NCBI GenBank assembly: GCA_964432505.1
Contig: CAYSNT010000001.1
Coordinates: 1 to 33,805, forward strand
Direction: 5' to 3'
Source: an uncultured Erysipelothrix sp.
GTDB lineage: Bacteria; Bacillota_I; Bacilli_A; Erysipelotrichales; Erysipelotrichaceae
Length of the DNA stretch: 33,805 bases
Shown: positions 22,617 to 32,284 of the stretch, piece by piece
Position numbering within the stretch: position 1 is the first letter of the stretch
How the letters are laid out: every line of letters starts with the position of its first letter
Made by a program: the position numbers and the translations under genes
Notes under the pieces: model-generated
What the model was told of the DNA's origin: nothing
Seen by the model: the letters and a program-made list of their open reading frames with translations, nothing else
Database searches by the model: none

Positions 22617-23144
22617 ATGGAAAACAATAAACAACCAAGAACCTTCGTAAGAAGAGAAGTAGTTAAAGAATTTGAAGAACGTGTTGTCACCATCAACCGT
22701 GTCACTAAAGTTGTTAAAGGGGGACGTCGTTTCCGTTTCTCAGCATTAGTGGTCATTGGTGATAAAAAAGGACGTGTTGGTTTTGGAACGGGTAAAGCAA
22801 ACGAAGTTCCTGATGCAATTAAAAAAGCAATTGAGGATGCAAAACGCAACTTAGTTGTGGTACCTATCGTAAACAACTCGACAATTCCACATGCAATTAC
22901 TGGAAACTTCGGCGCAGGATCAGTATTCTTACGTCCAGCAGCTGAAGGGACAGGAGTTATCGCAGGTGGTGCAGTTCGTGCTGTCTTAGAACTTGCAGGA
23001 ATTACGGATGTCTTATCTAAAAACTTAGGATCTCGTACTCCAATCAACATGGTTCGTGCTACTTTTGAGGCATTAACTCAATTGAAAACTGTAAAATCTG
23101 TAGCAAAACTTCGCGAGAAGAAAATTGCTGAGATTCGCGGTTAA
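22617..23144 (+). CDS. rpsE: 30S ribosomal protein S5
   Basis: It contains [30 protein letters not shown] and GKA. Confidence 0.97.
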   Translation: MENNKQPRTFVRREVVKEFEERVVTINRVTKVVKGGRRFRFSALVVIGDKKGRVGFGTGKANEVPDAIKKAIEDAKRNLVVVPIVNNSTIPHAITGNFGAGSVFLRPAAEGTGVIAGGAVRAVLELAGITDVLSKNLGSRTPINMVRATFEALTQLKTVKSVAKLREKKIAEIRG

Positions 23145-23155
23145 GGAGAGAACGC

Positions 23156-23596
23156 ATGAAACTACATGAATTACAATACACCGAGGGAGCTCGCTCTTCT
23201 CGTAAACGCTTAGGTCGTGGACAAGGTTCTGGCCAAGGTAAGACTGCGGGTAAAGGTCATAAAGGACAAAACGCTCGTAGTGGTGGAGGGGTCCCACTAG
23301 GATTTGAAGGGGGACAAACTCCATTATTCCGTCGTATTCCAAAACGCGGATTCACTAATCACACTCGCAAAGAATATACAATCGTCAATGTCAGCTCTCT
23401 TGAAGTCTTTGAAAATGGTACAGTTGTTACTATTGATCTTCTCATCGAAGCTGGAATCATTAAGAAGACATTAGATGGTGTTAAGATTTTAGGTAATGGA
23501 GAACTTTCAAAGAAGTTAACTGTCAAAGCCAACAAATTTTCAAAATCAGCGGTCGTTGTGATTGAAAAGGCAGGCGGAAGTGTCGTGGTGATCTAA
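23156..23596 (+). CDS. rplO: 50S ribosomal protein L15
   Basis: It begins MKLHEL and contains [19 protein letters not shown]. It follows rpsE after only 11 nt, so no rpmD lies between them. Confidence 0.97.
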   Translation: MKLHELQYTEGARSSRKRLGRGQGSGQGKTAGKGHKGQNARSGGGVPLGFEGGQTPLFRRIPKRGFTNHTRKEYTIVNVSSLEVFENGTVVTIDLLIEAGIIKKTLDGVKILGNGELSKKLTVKANKFSKSAVVVIEKAGGSVVVI

Positions 23597-23597
23597 T

Positions 23598-24887
23598 ATG
23601 ATCAAACTACTCGTGGATATGTTTAAAAACAAAGATATTCGTAGTCGTATCTTCTTTACACTCGCAATTTTCTTTGTTTACCGTCTTGGAGCGAACATCA
23701 CTGCTCCGATGGTAGATAGCACACGACTTATTGGTCAGTTTGCCGATGACTCCATATTAGGGATGATTAACCTATTGGGAGGTGGAGCTCTTCAAGAGTT
23801 TTCTATCTTCTCAATGGGAATTGGTCCTTACATTACGGCGTCCATTATTGTGCAACTTCTAGCGATGGATGTTATTCCAGCTTTAACTGAAATGACAAAA
23901 TCCGGAGCACAAGGCAAAATGAAGCTTGATCGCATTACTCGCTACTTTGCTTTAGTCTTAGCTTTAGTTCAAGGGTTCACCTTGACTTACGCTTTCCACA
24001 TTAACTATGGAATTCTTAATAATCCTGGACCTGCTACTTACATGTATGTCACCGTCGTTATTACGGCGGGTACGATGTTCTTGTTATGGTTAGCAGATCG
24101 TATCTCATCCTTCGGGATTGGTAACGGGATTTCAATGATTATCTTTGCTGGTATTGTCTCAGACATTCCATTCAGATTCTCTCAAGCGTTCCAAACTTTA
24201 GTGGATACCAGTTCAAGTGCTGCCATCTTTGGTGGGGTACTTAACTTTTCACTCTTTATCTTGATGTATGTTGCCATAATTATCTTGGTCATCTTCATGT
24301 CTACTGCAGTGAGAAAAATTCCGATTCAATACACTTCGTCCAGTGTAAGAAAATCAAATCAAGAAATCACATTCTTGCCATTAAAGATTAATTCAGCCAG
24401 CGTAATTCCAGTTATCTTTGCATCTGCAATCATGACTGCACCTGTCACTGTATTATCCTTCTTTAATCAAGGTGAATTCTTCCAAACATTATCAACCATT
24501 CTTAATGTTTCACAACCGATCGGATTAAGCATCTATATCGCCCTCATTGTCTTCTTCACATTCTTCTATACGAATTTGCAAGTTGATCCAGAGAAGATAT
24601 CAGACAACTTATCTAAGAGTGGAACATACATTCCAGGTATTCGTCCAGGTAATGAAACCAAAGAGTATGTTGGTAAAGTACTCAATCGTATTACCGTACT
24701 TGGAGCTCTCTTCTTAAGCTTTATTGCAGCATTACCGTATGTGATTCCAATGGTGACTAATCTACCGAACTCAGTTTCAGTGGGTGGTACAGGGATCATC
24801 ATCGTGGTCGGTGTCGCAATGGAAACAGTGAAAGATCTTCAAGGACGACTAACACAAAAGCAATATCGTGGCTTTGTGTCACGTTAA
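23598..24887 (+). CDS. secY: Preprotein translocase subunit SecY
   Basis: It is 429 aa and polytopic, with motifs FSMGIGPYITASIIVQLL and GGTGIIIVVGVAMET. Confidence 0.97.
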   Translation: MIKLLVDMFKNKDIRSRIFFTLAIFFVYRLGANITAPMVDSTRLIGQFADDSILGMINLLGGGALQEFSIFSMGIGPYITASIIVQLLAMDVIPALTEMTKSGAQGKMKLDRITRYFALVLALVQGFTLTYAFHINYGILNNPGPATYMYVTVVITAGTMFLLWLADRISSFGIGNGISMIIFAGIVSDIPFRFSQAFQTLVDTSSSAAIFGGVLNFSLFILMYVAIIILVIFMSTAVRKIPIQYTSSSVRKSNQEITFLPLKINSASVIPVIFASAIMTAPVTVLSFFNQGEFFQTLSTILNVSQPIGLSIYIALIVFFTFFYTNLQVDPEKISDNLSKSGTYIPGIRPGNETKEYVGKVLNRITVLGALFLSFIAALPYVIPMVTNLPNSVSVGGTGIIIVVGVAMETVKDLQGRLTQKQYRGFVSR

Positions 24888-24896
24888 GGACTGAAC

Positions 24897-25547
24897 ATGA
24901 ATATTCTGATTATGGGTGCAGCGGGCTCTGGTAAAGGGACCATGTCGAAGAAAATTGTAGAACTCTATGATGTTCCTCATATTTCAACGGGAAACATGTT
25001 TCGTGATGCCATGAGAGCTGAAACGCCATTGGGTCTTCAAGCAAAGAAATACATTGATAAAGGACTTTTAGTCCCTGATGATATTACCATTGCGATGATT
25101 CAAGAGCGTCTCAACCAACCTGACTGTCAAAAAGGATATTTGCTGGACGGTTATCCTCGCACCTTAGTGCAAGCTGTGGCTTTCGAGGATATTGCAAAGA
25201 AGATTGGTAAACCAGTGCAGATTGTTTTAAACTTATCAGTTGAACTTGATGCCCTCATCCATCGCGTCATCGATAGACGTATGTGTGAGAACTGTAAAGC
25301 CATCTTTAACTTAGAATACCTTCCGCCTAAAGTAGAGAATACCTGTGATTATTGTGGTTCAACACTTGTTCATCGTAGTGATGATACCCTTGATCAATTG
25401 GTGGTTCGCTTAAAAGAGCACGTCTTTCTTACTAAACCTGTCTTGGATTACTATGGGTACAAAGGACTAGTTAAGTATGTTGACGCAACGAAGAACATCG
25501 ACCTTGTTTGGCTTGATGTGAAGGCTGCTTTGGAGAAGGTCCAATGA
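24897..25547 (+). CDS. adk: Adenylate kinase (Zn-binding lid form)
   Basis: It has the P-loop GAAGSGKGT, LLDGYPRT, and the lid cysteines CENC...CDYCG. Confidence 0.97.
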   Translation: MNILIMGAAGSGKGTMSKKIVELYDVPHISTGNMFRDAMRAETPLGLQAKKYIDKGLLVPDDITIAMIQERLNQPDCQKGYLLDGYPRTLVQAVAFEDIAKKIGKPVQIVLNLSVELDALIHRVIDRRMCENCKAIFNLEYLPPKVENTCDYCGSTLVHRSDDTLDQLVVRLKEHVFLTKPVLDYYGYKGLVKYVDATKNIDLVWLDVKAALEKVQ

Positions 25548-26290
25548 TTACAACTAAATCGCAACGTGAAATTCAACTTATGAGAGAAGCAGGCCGGATT
25601 GTGGCTTTGGCTCATCAGAAAGTTGCATCGATGATCGCACCTGGTGTCACGACCAAAGAAATCAATGACGCTGTAGAGCGTGTGATCATCGAAAACAATG
25701 CGACTCCATCCTTTAAAGGATATGGAGGCTTCCCGTACGCCGTTTGTGCCTCGGTCAATAAGACCTTGGTTCATGGGTTCCCTAACCACAAACCACTTGT
25801 GGAAGGTGATATTGTATCCATTGATATTGGAGCAAATTACAAAGGGTATCATGGGGATAGCGCATGGACGTATCCTGTTGGTGAAATTTCTGATGAAGCG
25901 AAGAAATTGTTAGAAGTCACCAAAAATTCATTATTTGTTGGTTTATCAAAAATACAACCAGGTGTCCATCTTGGTGATGTGAGTTATGCCATTGGGGAAT
26001 ATGTCACTTCCTTTGGATTCTCACTACCAATTGAGTATTCAGGGCATGGTATTGGATCATCACTCCATGAAGATCCATCCATTCCAAACATTGGTACTCG
26101 TGGCACAGGTCCTATTCTAAGGTCAGGAATGACATTAGCAATTGAACCTATGGTTCATGTGGGAAAACCACAAACCATCACACTCATGGATGGGTGGACC
26201 GTGAACACAAAAGATGGTTCACTGAGTGCCCACTTTGAGCACACAGTTGTTGTAAGCGACAACGGATATGAAATTCTAACAACACTTTAA
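25544..26290 (+). CDS. map: Type I methionine aminopeptidase
   Basis: Metal-ligand blocks are present: DIVSIDIGA..GYHGD, GHGIG, AIEPM and FEHTVVV. It overlaps adk in an ATGA junction. Confidence 0.96.
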   Translation: MITTKSQREIQLMREAGRIVALAHQKVASMIAPGVTTKEINDAVERVIIENNATPSFKGYGGFPYAVCASVNKTLVHGFPNHKPLVEGDIVSIDIGANYKGYHGDSAWTYPVGEISDEAKKLLEVTKNSLFVGLSKIQPGVHLGDVSYAIGEYVTSFGFSLPIEYSGHGIGSSLHEDPSIPNIGTRGTGPILRSGMTLAIEPMVHVGKPQTITLMDGWTVNTKDGSLSAHFEHTVVVSDNGYEILTTL

Positions 26291-26310
26291 TTCATTAAGA
26301 AAGGAACTCT

Positions 26311-26529
26311 ATGGGAAAACAAGACGTTATAGAAGTTGAAGGCATCATTGAAGATACATTGCCAGGGGCAATGTTTAAGGTGAAACTAACCAATGGACAC
26401 GAAATACTGGCCCACGTTTCTGGTAAAATCCGCATGCATTACATACGCATTTTACCAGGTGATCGTGTTACCGTTGAAATCTCACCGTATGATTTAACAC
26501 GTGGCCGCATAACATTTAGACATAAATAG
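26311..26529 (+). CDS. infA: Translation initiation factor IF-1
   Basis: It is a 72-aa S1-like protein containing [19 protein letters not shown]. Confidence 0.97.
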   Translation: MGKQDVIEVEGIIEDTLPGAMFKVKLTNGHEILAHVSGKIRMHYIRILPGDRVTVEISPYDLTRGRITFRHK

Positions 26530-26546
26530 TCTAGGGAGAAAAACAC

Positions 26547-26660
26547 ATGAAAGTCAGACCATCAGTCAAACCGATGTGCGATAAGTGCCGCATCATTAAG
26601 CGTAACGGACGCGTAATGGTAATTTGTGAAAACCCTAAACACAAACAAAGACAAGGTTAA
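26547..26660 (+). CDS. rpmJ: 50S ribosomal protein L36 (zinc-ribbon form)
   Basis: It is too short for the ORF track. Hand translation gives [37 protein letters not shown] (37 aa). SD GGGAGAA lies upstream, and the position between infA and rpsM is canonical. Confidence 0.93.
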   Translation: MKVRPSVKPMCDKCRIIKRNGRVMVICENPKHKQRQG

Positions 26661-26678
26661 TAGGAGGAACTCGCAACA

Positions 26679-27044
26679 ATGGCTCGTATAGCAGGTGTCG
26701 ATATTCCACGCGATAAGCGTGTCGTAATATCACTAACATACATTTTCGGAGTTGGGAAACCACTCGCACAAAAAATCTTAGCAGAAGCTGAGATTTCCGA
26801 AGATATCCGTGTAAAAGATTTGAGCGAAGAGCAAATCAATGCAATTCGTGTTCTCGTCGAAAAAATAAAAGTTGAAGGAGATTTACGTCGTGAAATTTCT
26901 TTAAACGTGAAACGTTTAATGGAAATTGGTGCATACCGTGGTCTTCGTCATCGTAAAGGTCTACCAGTACGTGGACAACGTACTAAAACAAATGCTCGTA
27001 CACGTAAAGGACCACGTCGTACTGTAGCTAACAAGAAGAAATAG
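26679..27044 (+). CDS. rpsM: 30S ribosomal protein S13
   Basis: It begins [15 protein letters not shown] and contains [23 protein letters not shown]. Confidence 0.97.
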   Translation: MARIAGVDIPRDKRVVISLTYIFGVGKPLAQKILAEAEISEDIRVKDLSEEQINAIRVLVEKIKVEGDLRREISLNVKRLMEIGAYRGLRHRKGLPVRGQRTKTNARTRKGPRRTVANKKK

Positions 27045-27060
27045 AGTGGAGGACAATTAA

Positions 27061-27456
27061 ATGGCAAAGACAACAAAACCAACAACACGCAAAAAACGTG
27101 TTCGTAAGAATATTGCCCGTGGTGTTGCACACATTCACTCAACTTTTAATAACACGATTGTTACCATCACTGATGAAACAGGCAATGTCATTGCTTGGTC
27201 CAGTGCAGGTGCATTAGGTTATAAAGGTTCACGTAAATCAACACCATTTGCTGCTCAAGTCGCATCTGAAGCTGCTGCAAAAGCAGCAATGGAGCATGGC
27301 TTAAAGCTTGTAGAAGTTAATGTTAAAGGTCCAGGTCCAGGACGTGAAGCTGCAGTTCGTGCATTACAAACTGCTGGCTTAGACATTAGCGCAATTAATG
27401 ATGTGACTCCGGTCCCTCATAACGGTTGCCGCCCACCAAAACGTCCACGTGGATAA
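27061..27456 (+). CDS. rpsK: 30S ribosomal protein S11
   Basis: It contains [18 protein letters not shown] and [17 protein letters not shown]. Confidence 0.97.
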   Translation: MAKTTKPTTRKKRVRKNIARGVAHIHSTFNNTIVTITDETGNVIAWSSAGALGYKGSRKSTPFAAQVASEAAAKAAMEHGLKLVEVNVKGPGPGREAAVRALQTAGLDISAINDVTPVPHNGCRPPKRPRG

Positions 27457-27478
27457 AACACAACAATAGGAGGTTGGT

Positions 27479-28441
27479 ATGCAAAAATTCGAACGTGCCA
27501 AAATTGAAGTTAAAGAATACGTTGAATCAGACCACTATGGGAAATTCGTGATTGAACCGTTTGAACGCGGTTTTGGAACGACCATTGGGAATGCACTTCG
27601 TCGTGTATTACTTTCATCCCTTCCTGGTGCGGCTGTGTATTCCATCAAAATAGACAATGTATACCACGAATTCACTGCAATTTCTGGTGTTGAAGATGAT
27701 GTTACAACCATCATTCTTAACCTTAAAGATCTTGTATTAAAAATTTCAGATGAAAATGATGTCTATACTCTACAAATCAATGAAAAAGGTCCTAAAGTTG
27801 TTACTGCGGGAGATATTTACTGCCCTGCCAACGTTGAAGTGCTAAATAAAAACCACGTGATTACGACCCTTGAAGAAGGTGGCGAACTCAAGATGGAAAT
27901 GAAAGCGCGTAATGGACGTGGCTACGTTAGTGCAGACACCAATAAACAGCTTTACGCTGGTTCATCCTTTGGTGTAGGAACTATTTTCACTGATGCTGTT
28001 TACACACCGATTGAGAAAGTATCATACACTGTTGAGCCAACTCGTGTTGGACAAGACACTAAATATGATCGTCTCATTATGGAAATCACTACCAATGGTT
28101 CAATCACACCACAAATGTCATTGTCCTTGGGTTCTAAGATCCTCACCGATCACTTAGAAATCTTTACAAACATTCAAGAAAGCGTTGCTGACATGGATTC
28201 AGTCATGAAAGATGGCACCAGTGATGCAAACAATAAAGGATTAGTCATGATGATTGAAGACTTAGACCTTTCTGTTCGCTCATACAACTGTCTCAAACGT
28301 GCTGGTATTCAAACAGTAGAAGAACTCACCATGAGAACTGAAGAAGACATGATGAGAGTGCGTAATCTTGGTAAAAAATCACTTAAAGAAGTTAAAGACA
28401 AACTTCATGATATGGGGCTTGGCTTTAAATCGTATGAATAA
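27479..28441 (+). CDS. rpoA: DNA-directed RNA polymerase subunit alpha
   Basis: It contains [11 protein letters not shown] in the N-terminal domain and the C-terminal-domain motif [14 protein letters not shown]. It is 320 aa. Confidence 0.97.
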   Translation: MQKFERAKIEVKEYVESDHYGKFVIEPFERGFGTTIGNALRRVLLSSLPGAAVYSIKIDNVYHEFTAISGVEDDVTTIILNLKDLVLKISDENDVYTLQINEKGPKVVTAGDIYCPANVEVLNKNHVITTLEEGGELKMEMKARNGRGYVSADTNKQLYAGSSFGVGTIFTDAVYTPIEKVSYTVEPTRVGQDTKYDRLIMEITTNGSITPQMSLSLGSKILTDHLEIFTNIQESVADMDSVMKDGTSDANNKGLVMMIEDLDLSVRSYNCLKRAGIQTVEELTMRTEEDMMRVRNLGKKSLKEVKDKLHDMGLGFKSYE

Positions 28442-28458
28442 GACAGGAGAGAGAACCT

Positions 28459-28821
28459 ATGCAAAATCGTAAACTCGGTCGTACTGCTGATCATCGCAAG
28501 GCTTTGCTTCGTAATTTAGCAACAAGTTTAATCATTGCGGGACGCATTGAAACCACTGAACACAAGGCATTAGAACTTCGTAGTGTGGTTGATGAGTTAA
28601 TCACCCTTGCAAAACGTGGTGACTTACATGCTCGTCGTCAAGCAGCGAAGAAAATGTTTAATGTTGTTGCCAATGAAGAAACTGGTCAATTAGCATTACA
28701 AAAACTATTTGATGAACTTGGACCTCGTTATGCAGAACGTCAAGGTGGATACACTCGTGTAATTAAAACAAGTGTTCGCCGTGGTGATGCTGCGCCTATG
28801 GCCATTATTGAATTAGTCTAA
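28459..28821 (+). CDS. rplQ: 50S ribosomal protein L17
   Basis: It contains [23 protein letters not shown] and AIIELV. Confidence 0.97.
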   Translation: MQNRKLGRTADHRKALLRNLATSLIIAGRIETTEHKALELRSVVDELITLAKRGDLHARRQAAKKMFNVVANEETGQLALQKLFDELGPRYAERQGGYTRVIKTSVRRGDAAPMAIIELV

Positions 28822-28844
28822 AAGCGGCCTATGCCGCTTTTTTT
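28822..28844 (+). terminator. Rho-independent terminator of the S10-spc-alpha cluster
   Basis: Stem AGCGGC (28823-28828), loop CTAT, stem GCCGCT (28833-28838), then a T6 run. Flanking A and T residues can extend the stem. Confidence 0.8.
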
Positions 28845-28849
28845 ACTTT

Positions 28850-29461
28850 ATGAACCTACATGACTTAAAGCAAATCGCACTGATTACTGATATTCCTATT
28901 ATGAGTGATGATACTATTGAGGCTATTTCCAAGGAAATAACCTTGCATCACTGTTTTAGTGTTCTTGAAATTGGAACTGCCATAGGATTTTCAAGTTTAT
29001 CTCTAGCTCATAAACATGAAAATTTATCCATCACTACACTAGAAAAAGATGAAGATCGTTATGAAGAAGCCATTAAATATAAATCACTTCTTGATCAACG
29101 TAATCAAATTAAAATGATTTGCACTGATGCATTTGAGTATTCACCGCATCAAATGTATGATTGTATTATCATTGATGGGGCTAAAGCTTCCAACCAACGT
29201 TTCTTTCAACGCTTTTTCCCTTTTTTGAAGCCTTCGGGTTGTATGCTTATTGATAATATCGATTTTCACGGTGCGAGAGATGAAGACATTCAACATCGCT
29301 CACGTCAATTTAAGAAAATGATTCATAAAATCAGTGAATTTGAATCGTGGATTAAACAACATGCTTATGTGAATGTTGAGAAAATTGATGTTGGAGATGG
29401 ACTGTTGAAAATTACTCATAAACCCCATGACAGTCACTTTTATGGTAAAATAGTACAATGA
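28850..29461 (+). CDS. Class I SAM-dependent O-methyltransferase, family 3 (YrrM/TrmR-like; possibly tRNA 5-hydroxyuridine methyltransferase)
   Basis: It has VLEIGTAIGFSS (SAM motif I), DCIIIDGAKASN, LKPSGCMLIDNIDFHG and the C-terminal IDVGDGLL block typical of this family. There is no SD. The ATG lies 5 nt after the terminator T-run. Confidence 0.75.
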   Translation: MNLHDLKQIALITDIPIMSDDTIEAISKEITLHHCFSVLEIGTAIGFSSLSLAHKHENLSITTLEKDEDRYEEAIKYKSLLDQRNQIKMICTDAFEYSPHQMYDCIIIDGAKASNQRFFQRFFPFLKPSGCMLIDNIDFHGARDEDIQHRSRQFKKMIHKISEFESWIKQHAYVNVEKIDVGDGLLKITHKPHDSHFYGKIVQ

Positions 29462-29850
29462 AATCATCTGTAAAAATAAAGCAACTAAAACTTGTTTCAT
29501 TTCTTGAAAGCATGCGTGGTTTAGTATCACGTTCACGTTTTAAGAAGCAAGAAAAGACAACAATATCATTACATCAAAAGAAAGAAGTAAACATTGATTT
29601 CCCTGTTTTAATGGAAGCCATATTACCTTTAAAACTACTTGTGACATTGTCTTATCTTGATGATCCTCTTAAACCTTTATCACACATTAAAGGAGATTAT
29701 TCACTTCTTGAAGTGAATGAAGAGCAAATCAAAATAGAAATGGTGATTCAATCAATTGAAGAAAAACAACAGCTTTTAAACAATCTATCTACTTTAGCAC
29801 ACCAAAACACTACGATTCATTGTGAGGAACTCATTCATGTCGATTATTGA
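29458..29850 (+). CDS. Hypothetical protein, 130 aa, no recognisable motif
   Basis: The ORF exactly fills the gap between the methyltransferase (ATGA overlap) and ecfA1 in AT-rich DNA. It has no SD, no transmembrane segment and no motif I recognise. Confidence 0.45.
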   Translation: MKSSVKIKQLKLVSFLESMRGLVSRSRFKKQEKTTISLHQKKEVNIDFPVLMEAILPLKLLVTLSYLDDPLKPLSHIKGDYSLLEVNEEQIKIEMVIQSIEEKQQLLNNLSTLAHQNTTIHCEELIHVDY

Positions 29851-30640
29851 AATTAAAAATATATCCTTTTCCTACAACAACACTGACTTAGCACTGAGCA
29901 ATGTCTCTTTAAGCATCCCTCAAGGGAAGTATGTCACAATCGTAGGTCATAATGGTTCGGGAAAGAGCACCATTGCCAAGTGCATTATTGGGCTTCTTCA
30001 AACCTCTCAAGGTGAAATCATTGTGGATGGTTTACCATTGAACTTAGAAAATGTGGATGAAATACGTTCTAAAGTCGGACTTGTCTTTCAAAATCCAGAT
30101 AATCAATTCATCGGTTCTACCGTGAGAGATGATATCGCGTTTGGTCTTGAAAATCATCGAGTTGATCCAAAAGAAATGGATGGCATCATTGAACGTTTTG
30201 CCTCCGCAGTAGGAATGAGTGATTACTTGAATTTTGAACCCACTAAATTAAGTGGAGGTCAAAAACAGCGTGTTGCGATTGCGGGTGCTTTAAGCATGGC
30301 TCCCCAAATCTTAATCTTGGATGAAGCAACATCGATGCTTGATCCTAAAGGTAAAGCTGAAGTGAATGATTTGGTAAAACAGCTTCATGAACAAACCAAC
30401 ATGACCATCATTTCCATCACACATGATATTGAGGAAGCTTATCAATCAGATGTGGTTTATGTGATGAATGAAGGTCAAGTGCTTGATTATGGACATCCTC
30501 ATGAGGTATTGGCTCAAGAGGCATTATTGAAATCAATTAAGTTGGATATTCCGTTTGCATTAAAATTTAAATATGCTTTAAAATCAGTTGGAATTGATGT
30601 TCCTCAAACGACATTAGAAGGGATGGTAGAACACTTATGA
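29837..30640 (+). CDS. ecfA1: ECF transporter ATPase subunit EcfA1
   Basis: It has Walker A GHNGSGKST, signature LSGGQKQR and Walker B ILILDEATS. The ATG at 29837 lies 7 nt after GAGGAA. The canonical position is downstream of rplQ. Confidence 0.9.
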   Translation: MSIIEIKNISFSYNNTDLALSNVSLSIPQGKYVTIVGHNGSGKSTIAKCIIGLLQTSQGEIIVDGLPLNLENVDEIRSKVGLVFQNPDNQFIGSTVRDDIAFGLENHRVDPKEMDGIIERFASAVGMSDYLNFEPTKLSGGQKQRVAIAGALSMAPQILILDEATSMLDPKGKAEVNDLVKQLHEQTNMTIISITHDIEEAYQSDVVYVMNEGQVLDYGHPHEVLAQEALLKSIKLDIPFALKFKYALKSVGIDVPQTTLEGMVEHL

Positions 30641-31491
30641 TTATTGATGTTGAAAAACTGTCCTATGAGTATTCACCTAACTCGGTGTTTGCCTATCATG
30701 CTTTAAAAGAAGTCACCACTTCAATTAAAGAAGGGTCCTTTACGGCTATCATTGGTGCGACAGGCAGTGGTAAATCCACACTTGTACAGCACTTCAACGC
30801 ACTCGTGACACCAACTGGTGGTTCATTGGTGGTGGATGGTAAACGTATCAGTGCTAATGAGAAAGTGAAAGAACTTAAACCACTTCGAAAGAAAGTGGGA
30901 TTAGTCTTTCAGTTTCCTGAATATCAATTGTTTGAAGAAACTATTCTTAAAGATGTGATGTTTGGACCACTTAACTTTGGTGCAACTCAAATTGAAGCAC
31001 AAGATATTGCTCAAGAATCACTGAATCGAGTGGGATTAGATTCCTCATTTTACGAACGTTCTCCTTTAGAACTTTCAGGAGGTCAAAAGCGACGTGTTGC
31101 GATTGCGGGTATCTTAGCCTTAAGACCGAAAATTTTGGTGTTAGATGAACCTACAGCTGGACTTGATCCTGAAGGCAGTGCCTCTATGATGGCCTTGTTT
31201 CAAGATTTAAATAAATCGAAAACCACCATTGTGATGATTACGCATGATTTGAATCATGTTTTAAACTATGCAACTGATGTGATTATGCTTGATCAAGGAA
31301 GTGTAGTGTTTGAAGGAAGCAAAGATGATTTCTTTAATGAAACCAACCTTCATGAAGGATATGGTTTAGTTAAACCTCCACTGCTTGAACTTCGATCATA
31401 CTTAAAAGCAAAAAACATTACTTTTGATGATCACACATTAGATTTGGATAAACTCGCTCGCTCCATCAAGGAGGGACAACGTCATGACTAA
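30637..31491 (+). CDS. ecfA2: ECF transporter ATPase subunit EcfA2
   Basis: It has Walker A GATGSGKST, signature LSGGQKRR and Walker B ILVLDEPTA. It overlaps ecfA1 in an ATGA junction. Confidence 0.9.
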   Translation: MIIDVEKLSYEYSPNSVFAYHALKEVTTSIKEGSFTAIIGATGSGKSTLVQHFNALVTPTGGSLVVDGKRISANEKVKELKPLRKKVGLVFQFPEYQLFEETILKDVMFGPLNFGATQIEAQDIAQESLNRVGLDSSFYERSPLELSGGQKRRVAIAGILALRPKILVLDEPTAGLDPEGSASMMALFQDLNKSKTTIVMITHDLNHVLNYATDVIMLDQGSVVFEGSKDDFFNETNLHEGYGLVKPPLLELRSYLKAKNITFDDHTLDLDKLARSIKEGQRHD

Positions 31492-32284
31492 CATTGCATT
31501 AGGACGCTACATCCCAACCAACTCCATTATCCACCGTTTAGATCCTCGTATTAAAATTGTGAATATGCTGCTTTTAATGGTGGCCATTTTCTTACCTGCT
31601 CGTTTTGTTGGATATGGTATTATTGGGTTTATCGCGGTAAGTTTGGTCTTACTTTCTCGCTTGAAATTTGGATTTATTCTTAAGTCACTTAAACCTGTGA
31701 TGTTGATGCTCATGTTCTTGTTGGTCATTAATGTCTTTGTATTAAGAACGGGATATGTTGTTATTAACTTATTTGGATTACTGGTATACAGTGATGCTTT
31801 ATTTCAAACTGCTTACATTGTGGTTCGTTTACTGCTCATGATCATGATCACTACACTTCTCACTGCAACCACAAAACCTCTTGATTTAACTTTAGGGATT
31901 GAAGATTTATTAGCACCTTTCAAACGGTTCAAAGTACCAGCCCATGAAATTGCCATGATGATTTCTATTGCGTTACGTTTTATTCCAACCCTCATTGAAG
32001 AGTCACAACGCATCATGAAAGCTCAAGCCTCACGTGGTGTTGATTTGAGTGAAGGGAAAATCAATGAAAAGATTGTAGCTATATTGTCCTTGATTGTTCC
32101 ACTCTTTGTCTCAAGTTTTCAAAGAGCTGAAGAGTTAGCGGATGCGATGGAAGCACGTGGATATTCACCTACTTCAATACGTACACGCTATAAACAGTTG
32201 AAGATAACAATGAAAGATTGGATTTCCTTTGTGCTTGTCTGCTTGATTCTTGCGAGTGTGGTTACCTTAGCATGGTTCGTTTAA
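31484..32284 (+). CDS. ecfT: ECF transporter transmembrane (T) component EcfT
   Basis: It is a 266-aa polytopic protein. It has the CbiQ/EcfT-type Ala-Arg-Gly coupling motifs (QASRG and MEARG) and lies in the ecfA1A2T order. Confidence 0.88.
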   Translation: MTNIALGRYIPTNSIIHRLDPRIKIVNMLLLMVAIFLPARFVGYGIIGFIAVSLVLLSRLKFGFILKSLKPVMLMLMFLLVINVFVLRTGYVVINLFGLLVYSDALFQTAYIVVRLLLMIMITTLLTATTKPLDLTLGIEDLLAPFKRFKVPAHEIAMMISIALRFIPTLIEESQRIMKAQASRGVDLSEGKINEKIVAILSLIVPLFVSSFQRAEELADAMEARGYSPTSIRTRYKQLKITMKDWISFVLVCLILASVVTLAWFV

